From Tubulanus polymorphus (lineage: Eukaryota > Animalia > Nemertea), in contig NC_134031.1 of the NCBI RefSeq assembly GCF_964204645.1, forward strand, positions 21,211,910 through 21,275,909: a stretch of DNA of 64,000 nt. The letters are read 5' to 3'. A program made the translations under genes and the position numbers. This document shows positions 37,818 to 52,850 of this stretch, one piece after another (within the stretch, counting starts at the first letter, position 1; the number at the start of each line of letters is the position of its first letter). The notes under the pieces were generated by a model. The model saw only the letters and a program-made list of their open reading frames with translations. It searched no databases and was not told where the DNA came from.

Positions 37818-38399
37818 CCCTTTTAAGAATAGTAGTTGGACCATCGAATTGAAACCCTCGCATACTATGGTAAGAAAGAATAAATGAATCCCTCAAATGG
37901 ACACCAGGGGTCGCAGTTTCACAAAAAACGATGCATTTTGTAAATGAATTTGTGAAGAAATTTAATCTGGATCAAATCTAACAAAAACAGATGAACTTCC
38001 TGAACTCAGTTTTTCTTTTTTGTTGATCTTTGATAATTAATCCGGTGAAACTGTACCCGCGGTAGGATTTGGTTTATGATGCGAGGGTTTCAATCAGATT
38101 TAGATGCCGCAGTTTCGCACACTGAATAGCGAGTGTCCAGTTTCACAGAGAAAGTATGAATCAATTTCAACTTGGGATTTAATTTTTTCTTCAAAATAAA
38201 ATGTTTGAACGCAATTGGTTTGTGAAACTCTATACCCCAGGCCCAGTTTCTTCAAAAATATTCATTCATTGAGGCGGTAAAGTCGAATTGAGTAAAGTTT
38301 TTTGAATAAATTATTTCTATGAAACTGAACCCGTGGGATTTACGTGTGACGCACTGAGTGTGTGCGAAACTGCTGGCGTCTGTAATCACAACTAAAACA

Positions 38400-41300
38400 A
38401 CACAGAAAATTCATCTTTATTTCAAATAAAACAGAACAACAGTTCACACGAAATATTATAGTGCCATGATAAAGAAAACCTCGATATTTCAACTTTATGG
38501 TTTCATTGATTGAGTGACTTGTCAAAACATGTCCATATTACATCATTATACAATGTGTGTATCATACAATTTTATACAAAACCAGACCAATAAAACTGGG
38601 TCGTGGGGTACAAACAATTACAAACTAATGCAACCAGTTATCGCTGCTTTACAGCTACATTTAATCTTCAATTTCAATTTTCACTAAAACTTTAAAACCC
38701 ACTATATAGAAACTTAATAGAAGTAAAAGAGACAACATTTTGGAGTCTCTGTAGAGACCATCATCAAGTCTGAAGAATAACTAAAACAGGGAAAAACAAG
38801 TTAATTAGGAAAGTAAAGCGAGTGTTCAGTCTTAAGGTTGAGAGGTTTTGTTATTTTGTGCGTATAGGTTGTTCTAGTTATTTCTTCATTATACTTTTAT
38901 TATTTTGATTCTGATTCTTGATAAATGAATTTTGCCTTTTAAATTTGCATATAACAGGGTTTAAATCATATATTCTATGCCCGAGTCGGGCTATTATTCT
39001 ATTAGCAAAAATGACACCACAGCTTTGAGAGACGAATCAGGGGATGACTTGATTGTTTTTATGGATATGTGATACACAGTCTCTCAAACCATCATAAACA
39101 GAACAACAGTAGGCTGCCCGTGCCGGTCGGCACAGATAAACAATATTCATTTGGCTCCAGGTAGATGGCTGGTCCCTGTCCCTGTCAAATGGCAAATTGG
39201 TCCCGATCCCAACTTCGTCCTAGAATAGAGAAAACTTGCGTCAGCAATTATTACATAGAAAATGTTCAATTGAATTAACAGTCAAGTGGGAATTGTTTTC
39301 ATGACATAATTCGGTAACTAGAATTTATAATTACCTTATAATTCAAGATAATTCAACACCATTATTCAATCTTTGATCACTTTTCAAACTGTTCTATTGG
39401 ACAAATTTCATGCTGCAAAAAATCATCATACTATGAAAAAGTAACGTATTTATAGCAGTCTGAAATTGGGGCTAAATTCTATTAGAAAATCAATCATTTT
39501 CAAACTTGTGTTTAGCAGAATCAAGAATCACACATAAAAATTTTGTACAGAATAATTAAATGTTAGAATATTATGAAATTAGAGCACAGTGGAGTGATGA
39601 AAGACTCACCATTTCTAAACTCATATCAGATAAGTTCAGTGCCATCTAGCAGGATTTCACTTCCAACAGTCATAATGTCATGAAGTTAAGAGAACTGATG
39701 ATTTTCTGAGAAAATAAATTCTTAAACCGATAGCAGCAGCTTCAGCAACTAGAGCTTCTTTACTCTTTGAAGGTGAATATTTTTAATTTCTCCAGTTCCA
39801 AAAAGTGTTGGGCGTATTGCATTCTGGAAAGAGAAAATTATGCCAGAAAATGGTTAATGAAATAGATAGAAACTGCAACTTGTTTGTGTTCGATTGACAG
39901 AAAACCTACCAGGTTAATGAGTAGTTTATCACAATGTGTCGAGTATATGCAGATTTCTGAGAGGTTTGATGGTAGCTTTAGACTGCGTCCTCAAGTAAAA
40001 TGTTGATACCTGCCAACATTGACCGATCAAAACATCATTTTCTGGACTTGATTTGAAGATCACTACAAATTACTGCAATAAATCGATATAAAACTCACCG
40101 CTTCTGACTTGATTGATTTGTGGAGCGCAATGTTAACTGCAAGTTCAGCTTTATTTTGGACCCTAGAATACAAAAGTTGTATAATTTTGATGATTCGAAC
40201 TTTGACCAGAATAGAAGTGATTGAAATTTCGCCTTCACTGATTAATGTAGCTTCTAATCAGGAAATGAGTTTATAAATGTACAGTCAAACAGAGACTAGA
40301 ATCTGTAGAGATATTTACCGGTACTGTATTGGTTTTGAGGACTTAAAGCGATGTCCATCTTAAACAAATGTGAAGTGAATTCCCAATGTTTACTGTTCAC
40401 AGATTCTATCAAGGGTTCCAGTTATTTCAGCTCCTAAATACGAATTTTAGAAATTTTCAGTGAAGCTGTTATGAAATAAGAGCAGTTTCACACCAAATTA
40501 AACTAAGCCGTGATCTTTGAGTGATTCAATGCTGGAAACATGAACAGATCGAATAATTTATATAGAACAGTTCTCTAAAAATAATGAATTTCCAAACAGG
40601 TTTTACCGGCTGCTGCCGCTGCCGCTGCTGGTGGCGCTGTTGCTGCATGGTGCTGGTACTGCAGGTACTGCCAGTACTGCTGTTGCAGCTGCTGGTGGCG
40701 CTGTTGCTGCACGGTGCTGGTACTGCAGGTACTGCCAGTGCTGCTGTTGCTGCTGCTGCTGCGGTGTGTATCTCATCCTGTAACTGAGAGTAAAACAGTA
40801 ATTTTTAGTTCAAAAATAATTCAAAATATCAACAGAGACTGTGAAGAATTCTGTGGAGAAATTCATTACCAGTTTTGTACTTACCTTTAAATGAGCCTGT
40901 TTAAATAGTAAATTCTATTGCATTCATTTCATTCTGAAAAGAAAAATAAACAATAATCAGTGACAATAGAGCAGAATGTAACATCTCAAATTATCAATCA
41001 ATCAGACAGAAACAGTACAGGATTTCTGTGGATTAAACTGCTGTACTTATTTCATACTGATTGTACAGTTACAGATACATGTAACATTGTGTACAGATAC
41101 AGAGTACAGATCACTGCATTACTTCATCCTGTGATTGAACAGTGATTTAATGTTCTCTCATCTTCATTAGATTCCCATCCGTCTAACTAAAACATCAGAA
41201 CATTTCAACTCATCTAACCTCCCGACCCAACCCTCCCAGACCCCATCCCTCCCGCCCTTCTTCTCTCCCATACCCCTTCAATCCCGCCTCCCGACCCCTT

Positions 41301-44300
41301 CCCTCCCACGCCCCTTCCCTCCCTCATCCCTTCCCTCCCGCCCTACCCGACCCCTTCCCTCCCGCCCATACCCTAGCCCTCCCTCAATGCCCCCTCCACC
41401 TGGCCCTCCCTCAATGCCCTCCCACCTAGCCCTACCTCAATGCCTCCTCAACTCTCTCAATGCCCTCCCACCTGGCCCTCCCTCAATGCCCTCCCACCTA
41501 GCCCTACCTCAATGCCTCCTCAACTCTCTTGTCTCCTCTTCACACACCACTCTGTACAATAACTACAAAACGATTTGCCATTTTTCATGATCATATCAAT
41601 TTCATTTATAGATCAAAATCCTTAATCAATTGCATCATTGATGGGACTCACAGATACTTTCTCTACACATTTTGGAGGCATTCAGATGACCTCAAATGAT
41701 CATATGCCTGGGTTGGTCTTGAAAATCACATGGCTTCATTTTTACAGATGATTTCTTTATCAATTTCATCAAATTATTCCTATTATTTCTGCTCCCTCTA
41801 ATAAGTATTCACAATACATCTCAGTTTCACGACAAGTTGCAGCAGTCATCTGTAAACAGATTTCATTTCATCAAATGATGCGAGTTTGAGTTGTAGAGGT
41901 TTCATCTACAAAACATCAAACCAAACCCGAGGAACTTAATGTTGTAAGGTAGGGGGACGTATATGGAGGGTTCACCCGAACCGAGGAAATAAGCCCGAAC
42001 CAAATCTCCACACTCACAAAATATTGTGAGAAAGGCAAACACAAGGACAAGAATGATGGCTGAGATCAAAACAATTAATGCTATTTATGTTGCTTCACCA
42101 ATTCAACATGACGTCACTAAATGAAACCATTGTGGACTATTTCAATACTCTCTACTAGAGGTTTCATATAAGCAAGTAGTTTATGGAATCCAATTCATAA
42201 AAGTTATTAATCAATGTTTTTAAACTGCTGATGCAAAATATATACGTCATAAATAATCTGTTTGATTGTCTTTTCAAGTTAACACTTAAACCCAGTGGAA
42301 CAAATCAAACTCCAGCCATTTTTACTTCATTTGCCATTAGTCGTTTTTACTCTTTTCTCTGACTTTTAGCACTTGAGTCGAGGTAGGAATAGACCCCTGC
42401 CCGCTCGCTAAGCTTGCAGGACACTAAACCTTCGAATTGCTCTCGGACCCCACTCTTTATATTTTATCCTTTTTGAGTCGAGGTAGGAATAGACCCCTGC
42501 CCGCTCGCTAAGCGTGCAGGACACTAAACCTTCGAATTGCTCTCGGACCCCACTCTTTATATCAGCATTTCATGCTGTTTTATTTTATTCACGCATTCGC
42601 TTTACATTTTTTCATATGGCTTTTCCTTATTTGTCGTCTCACTAAAATTCTCATCAGTTCCGACTGGGATAAAGTTTAATCTTTTAGAGACAAACAGCAA
42701 AAGGTTGTGTTAGTTGCACCAGCAGCAGCAGCAGCAGCAGCTGCAGCAGCAGCTGCAGCAGCACCAGCAGCAACACTGATACAGATGAATCTTTCATTAA
42801 CTACGTCATTTGTTCCATTCTCAAATATTGAGTCATGAAGGCAACAGAAATAACTTTAAAAAACGTTAAATCTTTCATTTATGGCCTTGGTTTAGTGACC
42901 TAAGCGTCAAATATTGGTTCATAGCCCAGGTTTGGTGACCAAAGAGTCGAAGTTTGGTTCATGGCTCAGGTTGAGTGACCAAAGAGTCAAAGTTTGGTTC
43001 AAGGCTCAGGTTTAGTGACCAAAGAGTCAAAGTTTGGTTCATGGCTCAGGTTTGGTGACCAAAGAGTCAAAGCTTGGTTCAAGGCTCAGGTTTAGTGACC
43101 AAAGAGTCAAAGTTTGGTTCATGGCTCAGGTTTAGTGACCAAATAGTCAAAGTTTGGTTCATAGCCCTGTTTTGGTGACCAAAGAGTCAAAGTTTGGTCT
43201 ATGGTTCTGATTTGGTGACCACGGAGGGTAAATATAGCACATGACCCTCGTTAAAGGTAAGTCAGTTTTATGGCTCTGGTTTGATTAGCAAATAACATGA
43301 AAAATTGAGCGTTGCATATGTTGAATAGGGGAATTGGACAAAACACTCATCACTAGAATAAAGTGAAGAATTATGTTCACACTGAATGGGCTCAAAATCT
43401 TGTACTAATTGATAAAGTCTGAAATAATTCTGACTAATTTGAGTCTATCGGAAAATGATGCATTGATCGAAGTCTAAAAGCTATAAACTGACAAATTGAT
43501 CGAGCGCTGATAATATTTTAAATAACAGCGGAGGATGAAATAACTTTCATAAACTGATATGATCATGAAAAATGGCAAAATACACTAGATACACCTCCCC
43601 CACGCTTTATCAGAGTCTCATTGTAGTAGGAAGGTTGCCGTAGCCTAACTGTAAAAACTACAACTACATCTGGTTGAATATCATTTGTTTTTACGCCTTT
43701 TAAATTCAGTAAAATATTTCCTGATAGAAGTATAATTAGTTCGCAGCCCCTTAAATTCTGTCTAGAATAGAATTATAAGTCACAGGTAGAAATAGAATAT
43801 TATCCTATTCTAAAATGAATATAATAATAGAACAATAGTCTCTCCGTGTCAATCTTTGTCCCACCTAAAAATTGTACAGTTTATTTCAGAAATTGTGTCC
43901 CATCTTTTTGAAAAGGATAACTAATTATTAAGGATATCTATGAATAGTGATATACTGTGCCATGAAGGCAAATGAAGAAGTGTGTCAATAAAAGTGATTA
44001 CAAAACATATCACTTATTCTAATGAGTTCTATACTATTCTTCCAAAAATGAAGAGTAGGTCTCTGTCTAAGAATCTGCAGAAAAAAGAGGAAGCAGCGAT
44101 GAATGTGACTGCATCTCGACTCTCGTCAATAATTTTGTAAGTCGTCCTATACAGTTCTCAGTATTTAGAGCCGTTTCTAAAATAGCTCAGAAGAAAATAC
44201 ATCTTTCAGCTGGAAATGTATCAGTAAACCGCCAGATATCAACAGTAATTATTACGTATGATTGTTGTTTCATTGAATTATTAATGAAACCGTGTTTTGA

Positions 44301-46640
44301 TCGGAGCCAAGGAGCAGTTTGTGATCATTCAAAAAATATCTCTCATTCCTGACCACATTAAATAATGGCCCTAAACATTGAAACGTCCCAATTCAGAAAT
44401 CTGGGGGCAATTATCTCATAACGATTGAGAGAAGTGACGGTGAAATAACGTGCGCACTCACCGGGGATCAAACCCGGGTCTCATAGTAAAATAGAACGAG
44501 TCCAATTGGCCGATGCTTATACAGCTTACTGTAACATGACATGTTGCAGTCACACATGTTGCGGCCACATGACGTGTTTCATAATGATTAATCCTTTCTT
44601 AGAATGATAAAAAGATGGGACACATTTTCTGAAATATCCTGAATTTTGAAACTAAAACTACGACTAAACCACCTGTACCTGTACCTAAAACCCCACCCTA
44701 TATCCCTCCCTCCAAAGTCCTACCACCACCCCTACATCCCTCCCGCCCTCCCTCACCCCTTCCCTCCCGTACCCTTTCCCTCCCGCCCTCCCTCACCCCT
44801 GTCCTCCCGCCCTCCCTCACCCCTTACCTCCCGCCCTCCCTCACCCCATAGGCCTTCCTCCCCCAAACCTACCCACCCTCCCTAAACCCTGTGGTTAGGT
44901 GAGATGAATGTTCTAATGTTTTAGTTAGATGGATGGGAATCTAATGAAGACGAGAGAACATTAAATCACTGTTCAATCACAGGATGAAGTAATGCAGTGA
45001 TCTGTACTCTGTATCTGTACACAATGTTACATGTATCTGTAACTGTTCAATCAGTATGAAATAAGTACAGCAGTTTAATCTATAGAAATTCTAACTCTCA
45101 AGATACACATGATCTGATTGTCACGAAGGAACATGATTGATAACAGTTGTATTATTGACATCAGGAACCAGTTTCATATTGATTAAAAATAACATTTGAG
45201 TTGACCACAATTTAGAAAACCTGTAAACCCGCTTACAGAAATAACAATCCCAATCATGAACTGATTATAGCCAAATATTCACCAAAAGAAATTTGAAATG
45301 ATTGAATAAATGCAACAGGTTTCTGAGATTTCATTTCAAAACATGGTTTATAACAAACAATATAAAATTGGTCCCTAAAAATCAATTCAACAACCGATAA
45401 ATAAAGATTAATGTTACTTATCTTGAATTTCCACATAGGCTATAGTGATTCCTGATGTCATGCTGAATCCAAGAATGATTCCCGATGTCCGGCGCGAAAC
45501 CAAAAAAGTCTGATTGTGAAACACTGATTCCTTGTTGTCCTGTGCTGAATCTAAGAGTGATTCTTGTTTTCCTGTGCTGAATCAAAATTCCTGTTGAACA
45601 TGTTGAAGTGATACCTATAATAGACAAATCTAAGATTGTTTTCTTTCCTTAGAAATAACTGCAGAAATATCAAATCTAAAATTCAAACAAATTAGATTGT
45701 TCACTCCAATCTGCAGTTCATTTATTCACGGGGTTTTTCTATCCACAGTTTAGGTTTTGCATCTAGAGTTGAACATGAAATATAAACAAAAAGGTAATGA
45801 AAAAATGAACAGTTTAAATATTATCTGTTTCTGAAACCAATGATCATCATCATCATCAATATCAGACGAATGGGAAAAGTAGAGGCATCAATCCTCCTGC
45901 GGCAGTGACTCGAACCTCATGGCATCCAGATTGCCACGGTACGAAACCCTGCCACACTAGACCGAGTGCGCAGCAGATACATGCGCAGCTTAGATGATGT
46001 CATTAATAGCCAATCAGAAATTCAGTTTTATTTTAGCCCGGGTTTACCCATTTATAGTTCTTCCGTGTAATTTACCTCAGTGATTAACGAGCAATCTGTT
46101 TGGTGCCGCAAGATTTCGCGCGGTAAAGCTGCGCATGCACCTGCGCACCCGGTCTAGTGTGGCAGGGGTTCGTACCGTGGCTGAGTGTAGCGAGCGATGT
46201 CATCAGGTTCAAATCCCTCCCATGGGAGGATGTTGGTTGGTGTCCGACACGTTTGGACTGCTGTGGTGATTAATATCGGTTTAGCGACAGATGAAATAAA
46301 CTTACACTGTTTGATTAAATCAGTCGATGGAATCACTTTAGAACAAATTCACCACAAAACAGCGAGGTGAAGCCCATCGTGGTCTAGATATATCAGGATG
46401 GAATGACGTCGATATGCTTGACTGAGCGCCACCAGTCCAAGTGCACCGTTTGTAGGATGTACCTGAAATAATTTGATTTCCCACAATGTCTGAGATGGAA
46501 TATTTTTCGCCATTTAAACCAATGTTACAAACACTTACCAAATATTGAAATACTGATTTCAGGGGTCGGGAAGGAGGGTGGCAATATTTAGGTGAGGATT
46601 TTGCTAAATTTCGTGTTATGGTAAAGCACGCCATTTTGAT
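38400..46640 (-). ncRNA. Predicted spliced transcript TU4 (paralogue of TU2)
   Basis: Same splice sites retained except the last acceptor (~39543); AATAAA at 38421-38416. Confidence 0.55.
39823..40358 (-). CDS. Candidate spliced 80-aa small ORF, unknown function
   Basis: Join 40358-40319, 40253-40099, 39956-39910, 39823 gives MDIALSPQNQYSTEATLISEGEISITSILVKVRIIKIIQLLYSRVQNKAELAVNIALHKSIKSEAKSAYTRHIVINYSLT*; TAA replaces CAA after codon 45 in TU2/TU3; no recognisable homology. Confidence 0.25.
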
Positions 46641-48875
46641 ATTGCGTCATAGTGTACCTCAGATTGGGATTCCCGCCGCTAGACTGGTCACCGCCACCTG
46701 CATTCGCAAGTAGAAATGGCAACCAGTCTATTGCAGGTCTCGGCTTCTTTTCGATTATATTGAATTTTTATATTCTACGCAATATTCAAAGAATTTATTC
46801 TAATGAAAACCACGCTCTTGGATCAAAGGCCCGTGGATTACTACTTTAGTTCACAGAAATTCCGCTATCGTTATTCATAGGGGCAGCACTGAACGGTTGT
46901 TATCTGATGCAGTCTTGCTATTTTATTGCGGCATGTGAGGAATACAGATTTTTCTTAAGTCAAATTTCATTCATCACTCAACACTAGTTTGTTTGAAATT
47001 AATAACTGTACCAACATTAGAGCTTTATATAAGGAGAGTAAATGGTATGATAGAATCTCCCTAATTCCGATCATTGGGACCAACAAAATTCATCCGTTTT
47101 ACGGCAAATCCGGATTAAAAGTCATTTTCGTGTATATGAATGAATAAATTGACTGTAAATATTATCCGGATTAGACCAAAATTCGGATTAAGCCGATGCG
47201 GATTAAACGATTTAGTTTGACTGTATTAGCCAATAGAATCAGTCTTGGAATACAGAAAGACGTTCACGAATGAGTTATGTACAAATACCGATATGAGAAA
47301 AGCTTAGATTCACCTCCTAAGCCATCACCCATGGAACTGGCCCCAGGGCACTAAAAAGGCAATTACCAAGAAACAAACACTGACGCGAGTGTTGGCCTGT
47401 TTAATAAATGCAGTAACCCTAGTGTTGGCCTGTTTGATAAACGCAGTAACCCTAGTGTTGGCCTTGTACCACACTGACCACACGTTTTCACAAACTTATT
47501 CAGCCACCAGAACTCAGCGGTCTAGTGGTTAGCGTGCTCGGCCGGCATGCTGGAGTTCGCAGGTTCGAGTCCTACTAGGGTTAGGGTTACGTTCGATCTA
47601 GGGTTAGGGTTAGTGCCTCAGGTTGGGGCTAATTTTTGGCCCAGCGAGGTATTTGTAGTACGATGATCATCTGTTTGACTTAGGTTATTTTTTGGTGAAT
47701 AGATTCTATACTAACTTATATATTTTGAACACAAATATTTGCTTTATCCTTAGAAGCCACTTTATTTAAAAGATACTTCGCTCAAAACAGTATTTTATTT
47801 CTGAATGAATAAAAGAGTTGGTGACATTATTCAATATATATAAAAACCACAATATCTATTTTACGGTTGGTATGCAACAATTTCCACTCTTTTCCATAGG
47901 TGTCGCTTTGGATAAATGTCTATATCTCTTGACCCAATGGGCCGATTACGATTAAACTTGATACACAGGTACTTTTATCAAGTCGCACTCGGGGTGGGTG
48001 AAATCGCTCTAGGTTGAAGTTACACTGACCTAAAACGGCTCCAAACAACGTGAAATTGGTAGTTAGGCCTACTACGAGTACGGGTAGAACACAGTTTGAA
48101 ATCGTATCGTTGTAGGTTATCGTAAAGAAGATGAATCCGTAGGCACCTAATACGACGATTAACAGTACAAATATCGATATAGACACGCGGTTTTAGTCGA
48201 GACATTGATCGCCGGGTTTAAACATTCCTGGATATGACCATGTTTCACAATTAAATTCATCTTCTAAATGAGGACGACCATCGATCACGTGTCTAATCGC
48301 ATCATAATGGGTACGGGGTGTCCCGCGTTCGAACCAAGTAATTACTGATACTGGTTCAGAGTGGTATTGATACTGAATAGAGGATGTACAGGAGTATCCC
48401 GAGTTCGAACCTAGTAATTACTGATACTGGTTCAGAGTGGTCTTGATACTGAATACAGGGGTGTCACGGTTTCGAACCAAGTAGTGGTCCAAGTTGCCCT
48501 TATGCTGGATAGAGGATGTCCCGACCGTACAGTGCTGCCGCTATGCTCATCGTTAGCGGGATTTCCATACACTAACTGAAGTCAACTCTGGCAAACGTCG
48601 TGCTGTCCAGTTATACTCCGTAACCCTTGCTTGCCAGAGTTGACTAACGTTAGTGTATGAAAATCCCGCTACCGATGGGCATTGAGGCAGCACCGTACGG
48701 TAAAATGTTGATATCTTAAAAATAATTACTGATAACTGATTCAGAGTGGTCCTGATGCTGAATAGAGGATGTACAGGGGTGTCCCGTGTTCGAACCCAGC
48801 ACTATTCTAGGTTGTTACTCGAAAAATGATTGAATAACGCACACACGACTTACAGCAAAATTTATCTATATTTAC
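41511..48875. repeat. Segmental duplication copy D (A-equivalent 14-~7940)
   Basis: Colinear with A; switches to block X sequence at ~48875. Confidence 0.93.
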
Positions 48876-49910
48876 TCCAGAGATGATTTTGATAAAACCA
48901 ATGTCTCTAGTAAACTTTGCATCATTCATGAATCTACTCAACCAAAATAAATAAAATTGAAACCAAATTTTAGAATCTACAGGGCTTCATTTCTGAATGA
49001 TTGTTTTTGTTTTGACTGGTGCGTTGTCATGGTGATGGCAAGGTGATATTCTGGATCCGATGTCTGGAAAAATAGTAATTCCTCAAAACAGAGCCAAATT
49101 TCATACTGAAATCAATAACTACACTTATTTTCATCGATATGATAATGAAATGAGTTTATTTGAGCAAAATATACGTTATAGAAATTTATCACAGAAATAT
49201 AGAACTTGTCGATGTCGGCCGCGCCCCGCTGATAAACTAGGTGAAATACCTATTGTCACCGATTTAAGTTTTTAAGTTTCTTTGTTTGAAATACCGGTAT
49301 TTTATTGGGAATATTTTTCACATAATTTTTCTGTGAACTATTGCACGGAAATCGCAACAAATTCCTAATTTCGTGGTTTTATTTCCTGCAACTATCAATT
49401 CGGAGCGGCATTTAAAGTCTACCGGTGTTATCAAATGATGATAAGCTCCTGTGTGTTGGACATAAAACACTCGGGTTTAACCGCCATGTCGAGCTGATGC
49501 GTGTAAAACTGTCGGCCGACATTCAAGATACAATTAGTAAAATGTATGATTAATATCAAGTGTGGATCGAGGCCTAATATAAACTATTACTATCAATACA
49601 GATGGAGCATTTGAGCAGGGACTTGACACAAAAGCATTTTGACCCCAGTATCCTAGGTACTATATATAAAAAGACTGAGGATACTGGGGTCAAAATCTTT
49701 TTGTGTCAAGTCCCTGTAATTGCTATCAACACAGATGGAGAATTTGACCCCGCGGATACCCTTGATTTTATAGTGCTTTCTCTGACAGGTTTCTATGTTT
49801 ATTTCAGGGTGATGCTCAACTAAATAACTGCAGTCATGCAGGAAGTTCAAGAAATAACTGTTTGCAATGAAGTGAACAAGTGATCCCTCAATTCAGGTAG
49901 ATATATCTTA

Positions 49911-50335
49911 AGGTAGGGGCACATGAGCGTATTTTTTCGCCTGATCGCGGCGAATTTACAAATTGCCCGAAAAATTCGCTCGTGTGGCCACTCACGGCGA
50001 CGACGATTTCGTCGGCCGACTCGATCGCCCGGTGAATCGCCTGTATCAAACATGTTTGATATTTTCGGCCGATTATTTACGCCGGCGATCGGATCGCCCG
50101 CAAATTCGCTCGTCTGCCCGCACTCAGCGAATTTCGCCGATCAATCCATTTTTATCAACCAATAGGATGCATTGTTGATATCATGTGATTCGTTAACTCT
50201 CTCCCTCTTAGTGCCAGTCGCTGACCGAATTTCGGTTTGATCGCTTTGTGTGCCTGCTGGTATCGGGCGTATAATTTCGTTGGCGAATTTAATCGTCGCG
50301 ATCGGGAGAAAAAATACGCTGGTGTGTCCCTAGCT
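49911..50335. mobile_element. 425-bp Tourist/PIF-Harbinger-type MITE
   Basis: TIR AGGTAGGGGCACATGAGCGTATTTTTTC; TTA TSD; empty site ATATCTTAGGCCC at ~32088. Confidence 0.88.
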
Positions 50336-52639
50336 TTAGGCCCTTGTCACAGACCTCTAGAAACCAGTTTCAGTGGTGTTTTAAAACCGAGTTAACCAAA
50401 ATCCAAGCAGGTTTTCAGCGCAGTTCTCAAATCATTGATGCCATCATGATTTGAAAGCTTGTCAAAGATTGCGGCTCAATTTACTGTGTTTGGGACTTTG
50501 CAAAATTTCGCTGCGATGAAATTTACTGTGGAAATATCAAACATGTTTGAATGGTGCGATTCACCTGCTGCTGAGCAACGAACACGCTGCAAATTTCATT
50601 GTGAAATCTGTAATTTCAGACGGTGTGGGAATAAATTCATATAGTGTTCCCTGCTCTAAGTCTGAACCAATTTACCGTTAAGTCTTGTATGAAAAAAGAT
50701 TGTAACACTGAAAATTCTTGGCACTAAAAGCATTTTGAATCTTGTTGAATCTGTTTTCATTTTTTATCTGATGAAGAAATAATGATTTTCAGTGTTTTGT
50801 ATTATTTCAGATGTAGGCGTAACGCTAGAGTTTTGTTTATTCTACTCAAAAGAAGATGATGTTTAGATCAGGTTTGTTTAGTTACTCTTATTCATGTCGA
50901 ATATTTGATATGATTTTTGTGAATTGCTCTAATGATGTTATAATGAACGTTGTTTGATTTATTTTCAGTCTAATGGGGGAGGATCTCAATAACTGAAACC
51001 TGCGACTCGTCTACACCTGAAATTGACTGCACGTCAAATGAATGAATTATTGAATGTAAATGACTGTGATGTTTAATGTTGATTAGAGGATTTGGACCAG
51101 GGTGTCTGATATATACTGATGAATAGTTACTACATGATCGCCACCTATTGGAATTTTGCTGAACTACCAAATTATTGGATTGAACAGTATATCACAGACG
51201 CCATCTATTAGAAATTTAGAAATTGATGTCTTGAGTGTCAAAATAAACGTAAAATTTATTTTAGATAAACACTTAAAATCTTTCCCAAGTTGAGTCTGAA
51301 CTGTTTGTTTTGATCTGAATGTAGTCGATCACAATATCTGAGTGACTGTCAAAACCCTTTCAGGATTGGCACTTAACTATCCTATGAGTACAGAGATGAT
51401 TTTGATAAAACCAGTGTCTCTGGTAAACTTTGCATCATTCAGAATCTACTCAATCAAAATAAAGAAACTTGAAACCAAATTTGAGAATCTATATGCGTTG
51501 TCATGGTGATGGCAAGGTGAAATCTGGATCTGAGTTCGGGGAAAATAGTAATTCCTCAAAACAGAGCCAAATTTCATACTGAAATCAATAACTACACTTA
51601 TTTTTCATCGATATGATAACAGAATGAATTTATTTGAGCAAAATATTTCATAGAAATTTGTCACAAAAATATAGAACTTGACCTCGAATGATATGAAAGG
51701 GTGTTGAGTCTGGGTGACCTCTAGATACTTCAGATCGCACAGATGCTGATGATGATGATGATGATGATGATGAAAACTGTTATTTGTGTTCTCCTCTTCT
51801 TCAGAATCAGACTAAAATAGATCAAGAAAAGATATCTGTATTTTTATTTTAAGAGTCATTATCAGGCCACACCGAGGGGTAGGGTGAGAGGTTTGAGACG
51901 GAAAACCCGATTCATAATAAATGAATGGTCCCACATCTCAAATATTACTATATATATTACTAAAACCTCCTAAAATCCAGTTGCTACCTGGTTCAAGTTG
52001 ACGTGTTTTGACTACATGTAATTTGACCAGTAACTTTGTGCCCCACACCAAATCCAGATTTATCAAAGTGACGTAGTAAACAGTACCAAACAATATATCT
52101 ACCCGTACCTGAATTGAGGGATCACTTGTTCACCTCATTGCCAAACAGTTATTCCGGCTGGAACTCCCTGATGACTGCAGTTATTTAGTAGAGCATCACC
52201 CTGAAATAAACACAGAAACCTGTCTGTCAGAGAAAGCACTCTAAAATCCAGGGTATCCACCGCGGGGTCAAATCTGTAAACAGTATCTCATGAGACCAGT
52301 ATTTAGCGCCTAATCGTATCGAAGGAGTCTCTACGAACCTGTTCGCTGGACGTTCGTCGCCCGATAGTTTATCGAGACAATTATATGCCCTCCATATGAT
52401 TTCTTCAGTCAGTTTTTATGTCACATCGTCTCGTGTACGACGCCGTCTCTATAATGAGATCACAAACATAGACTCGCCCAGTGAGAGGGTAGTCGGCGTC
52501 TTCAAGTCCCGACTTCCAGAATATCATAAAAAAAACTACCATTAACCAGTACCCCTAAAACCTCAATCAGTTAAGTATCAAAGCTGAAACAACCCCCGAC
52601 TCGATATTTCAAGAGAAAACGTATCAAATACGCCCAGCC

Positions 52640-52850
52640 CATCCCGCTGTCGCAATAGCTCATCCCCCTATTGTTACAACACAATAGAACACGCCACAAT
52701 TGAAATATCCCGCGCACTAGCAATAGACGATATCCCCCAATTGAGATTGATTAGCCAATCAGCGGCCGCGTACTAAAGCGTGTCTGGGCTTGTCGCAGGC
52801 GCCGGGAAATTCGAGATTCGCTATTCTGATTGGATTTCACTCGCAAAGGA
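52640..52850. promoter_or_regulatory. Putative CpG-rich promoter core (paralogue of 34629)
   Basis: Same motifs; followed by plus-strand donor GTAAGT at 53064 and a candidate exon 54886-54971. Confidence 0.55.

Larger units (their letters stand above)
35400..41510. repeat. Segmental duplication, second half of unit (A-equivalent ~5715-12116)
   Basis: Resumes at TTTTCTTAAGTCA...AATTTCATTCATCACTCAAC and is colinear to the next anchor. Confidence 0.93.
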
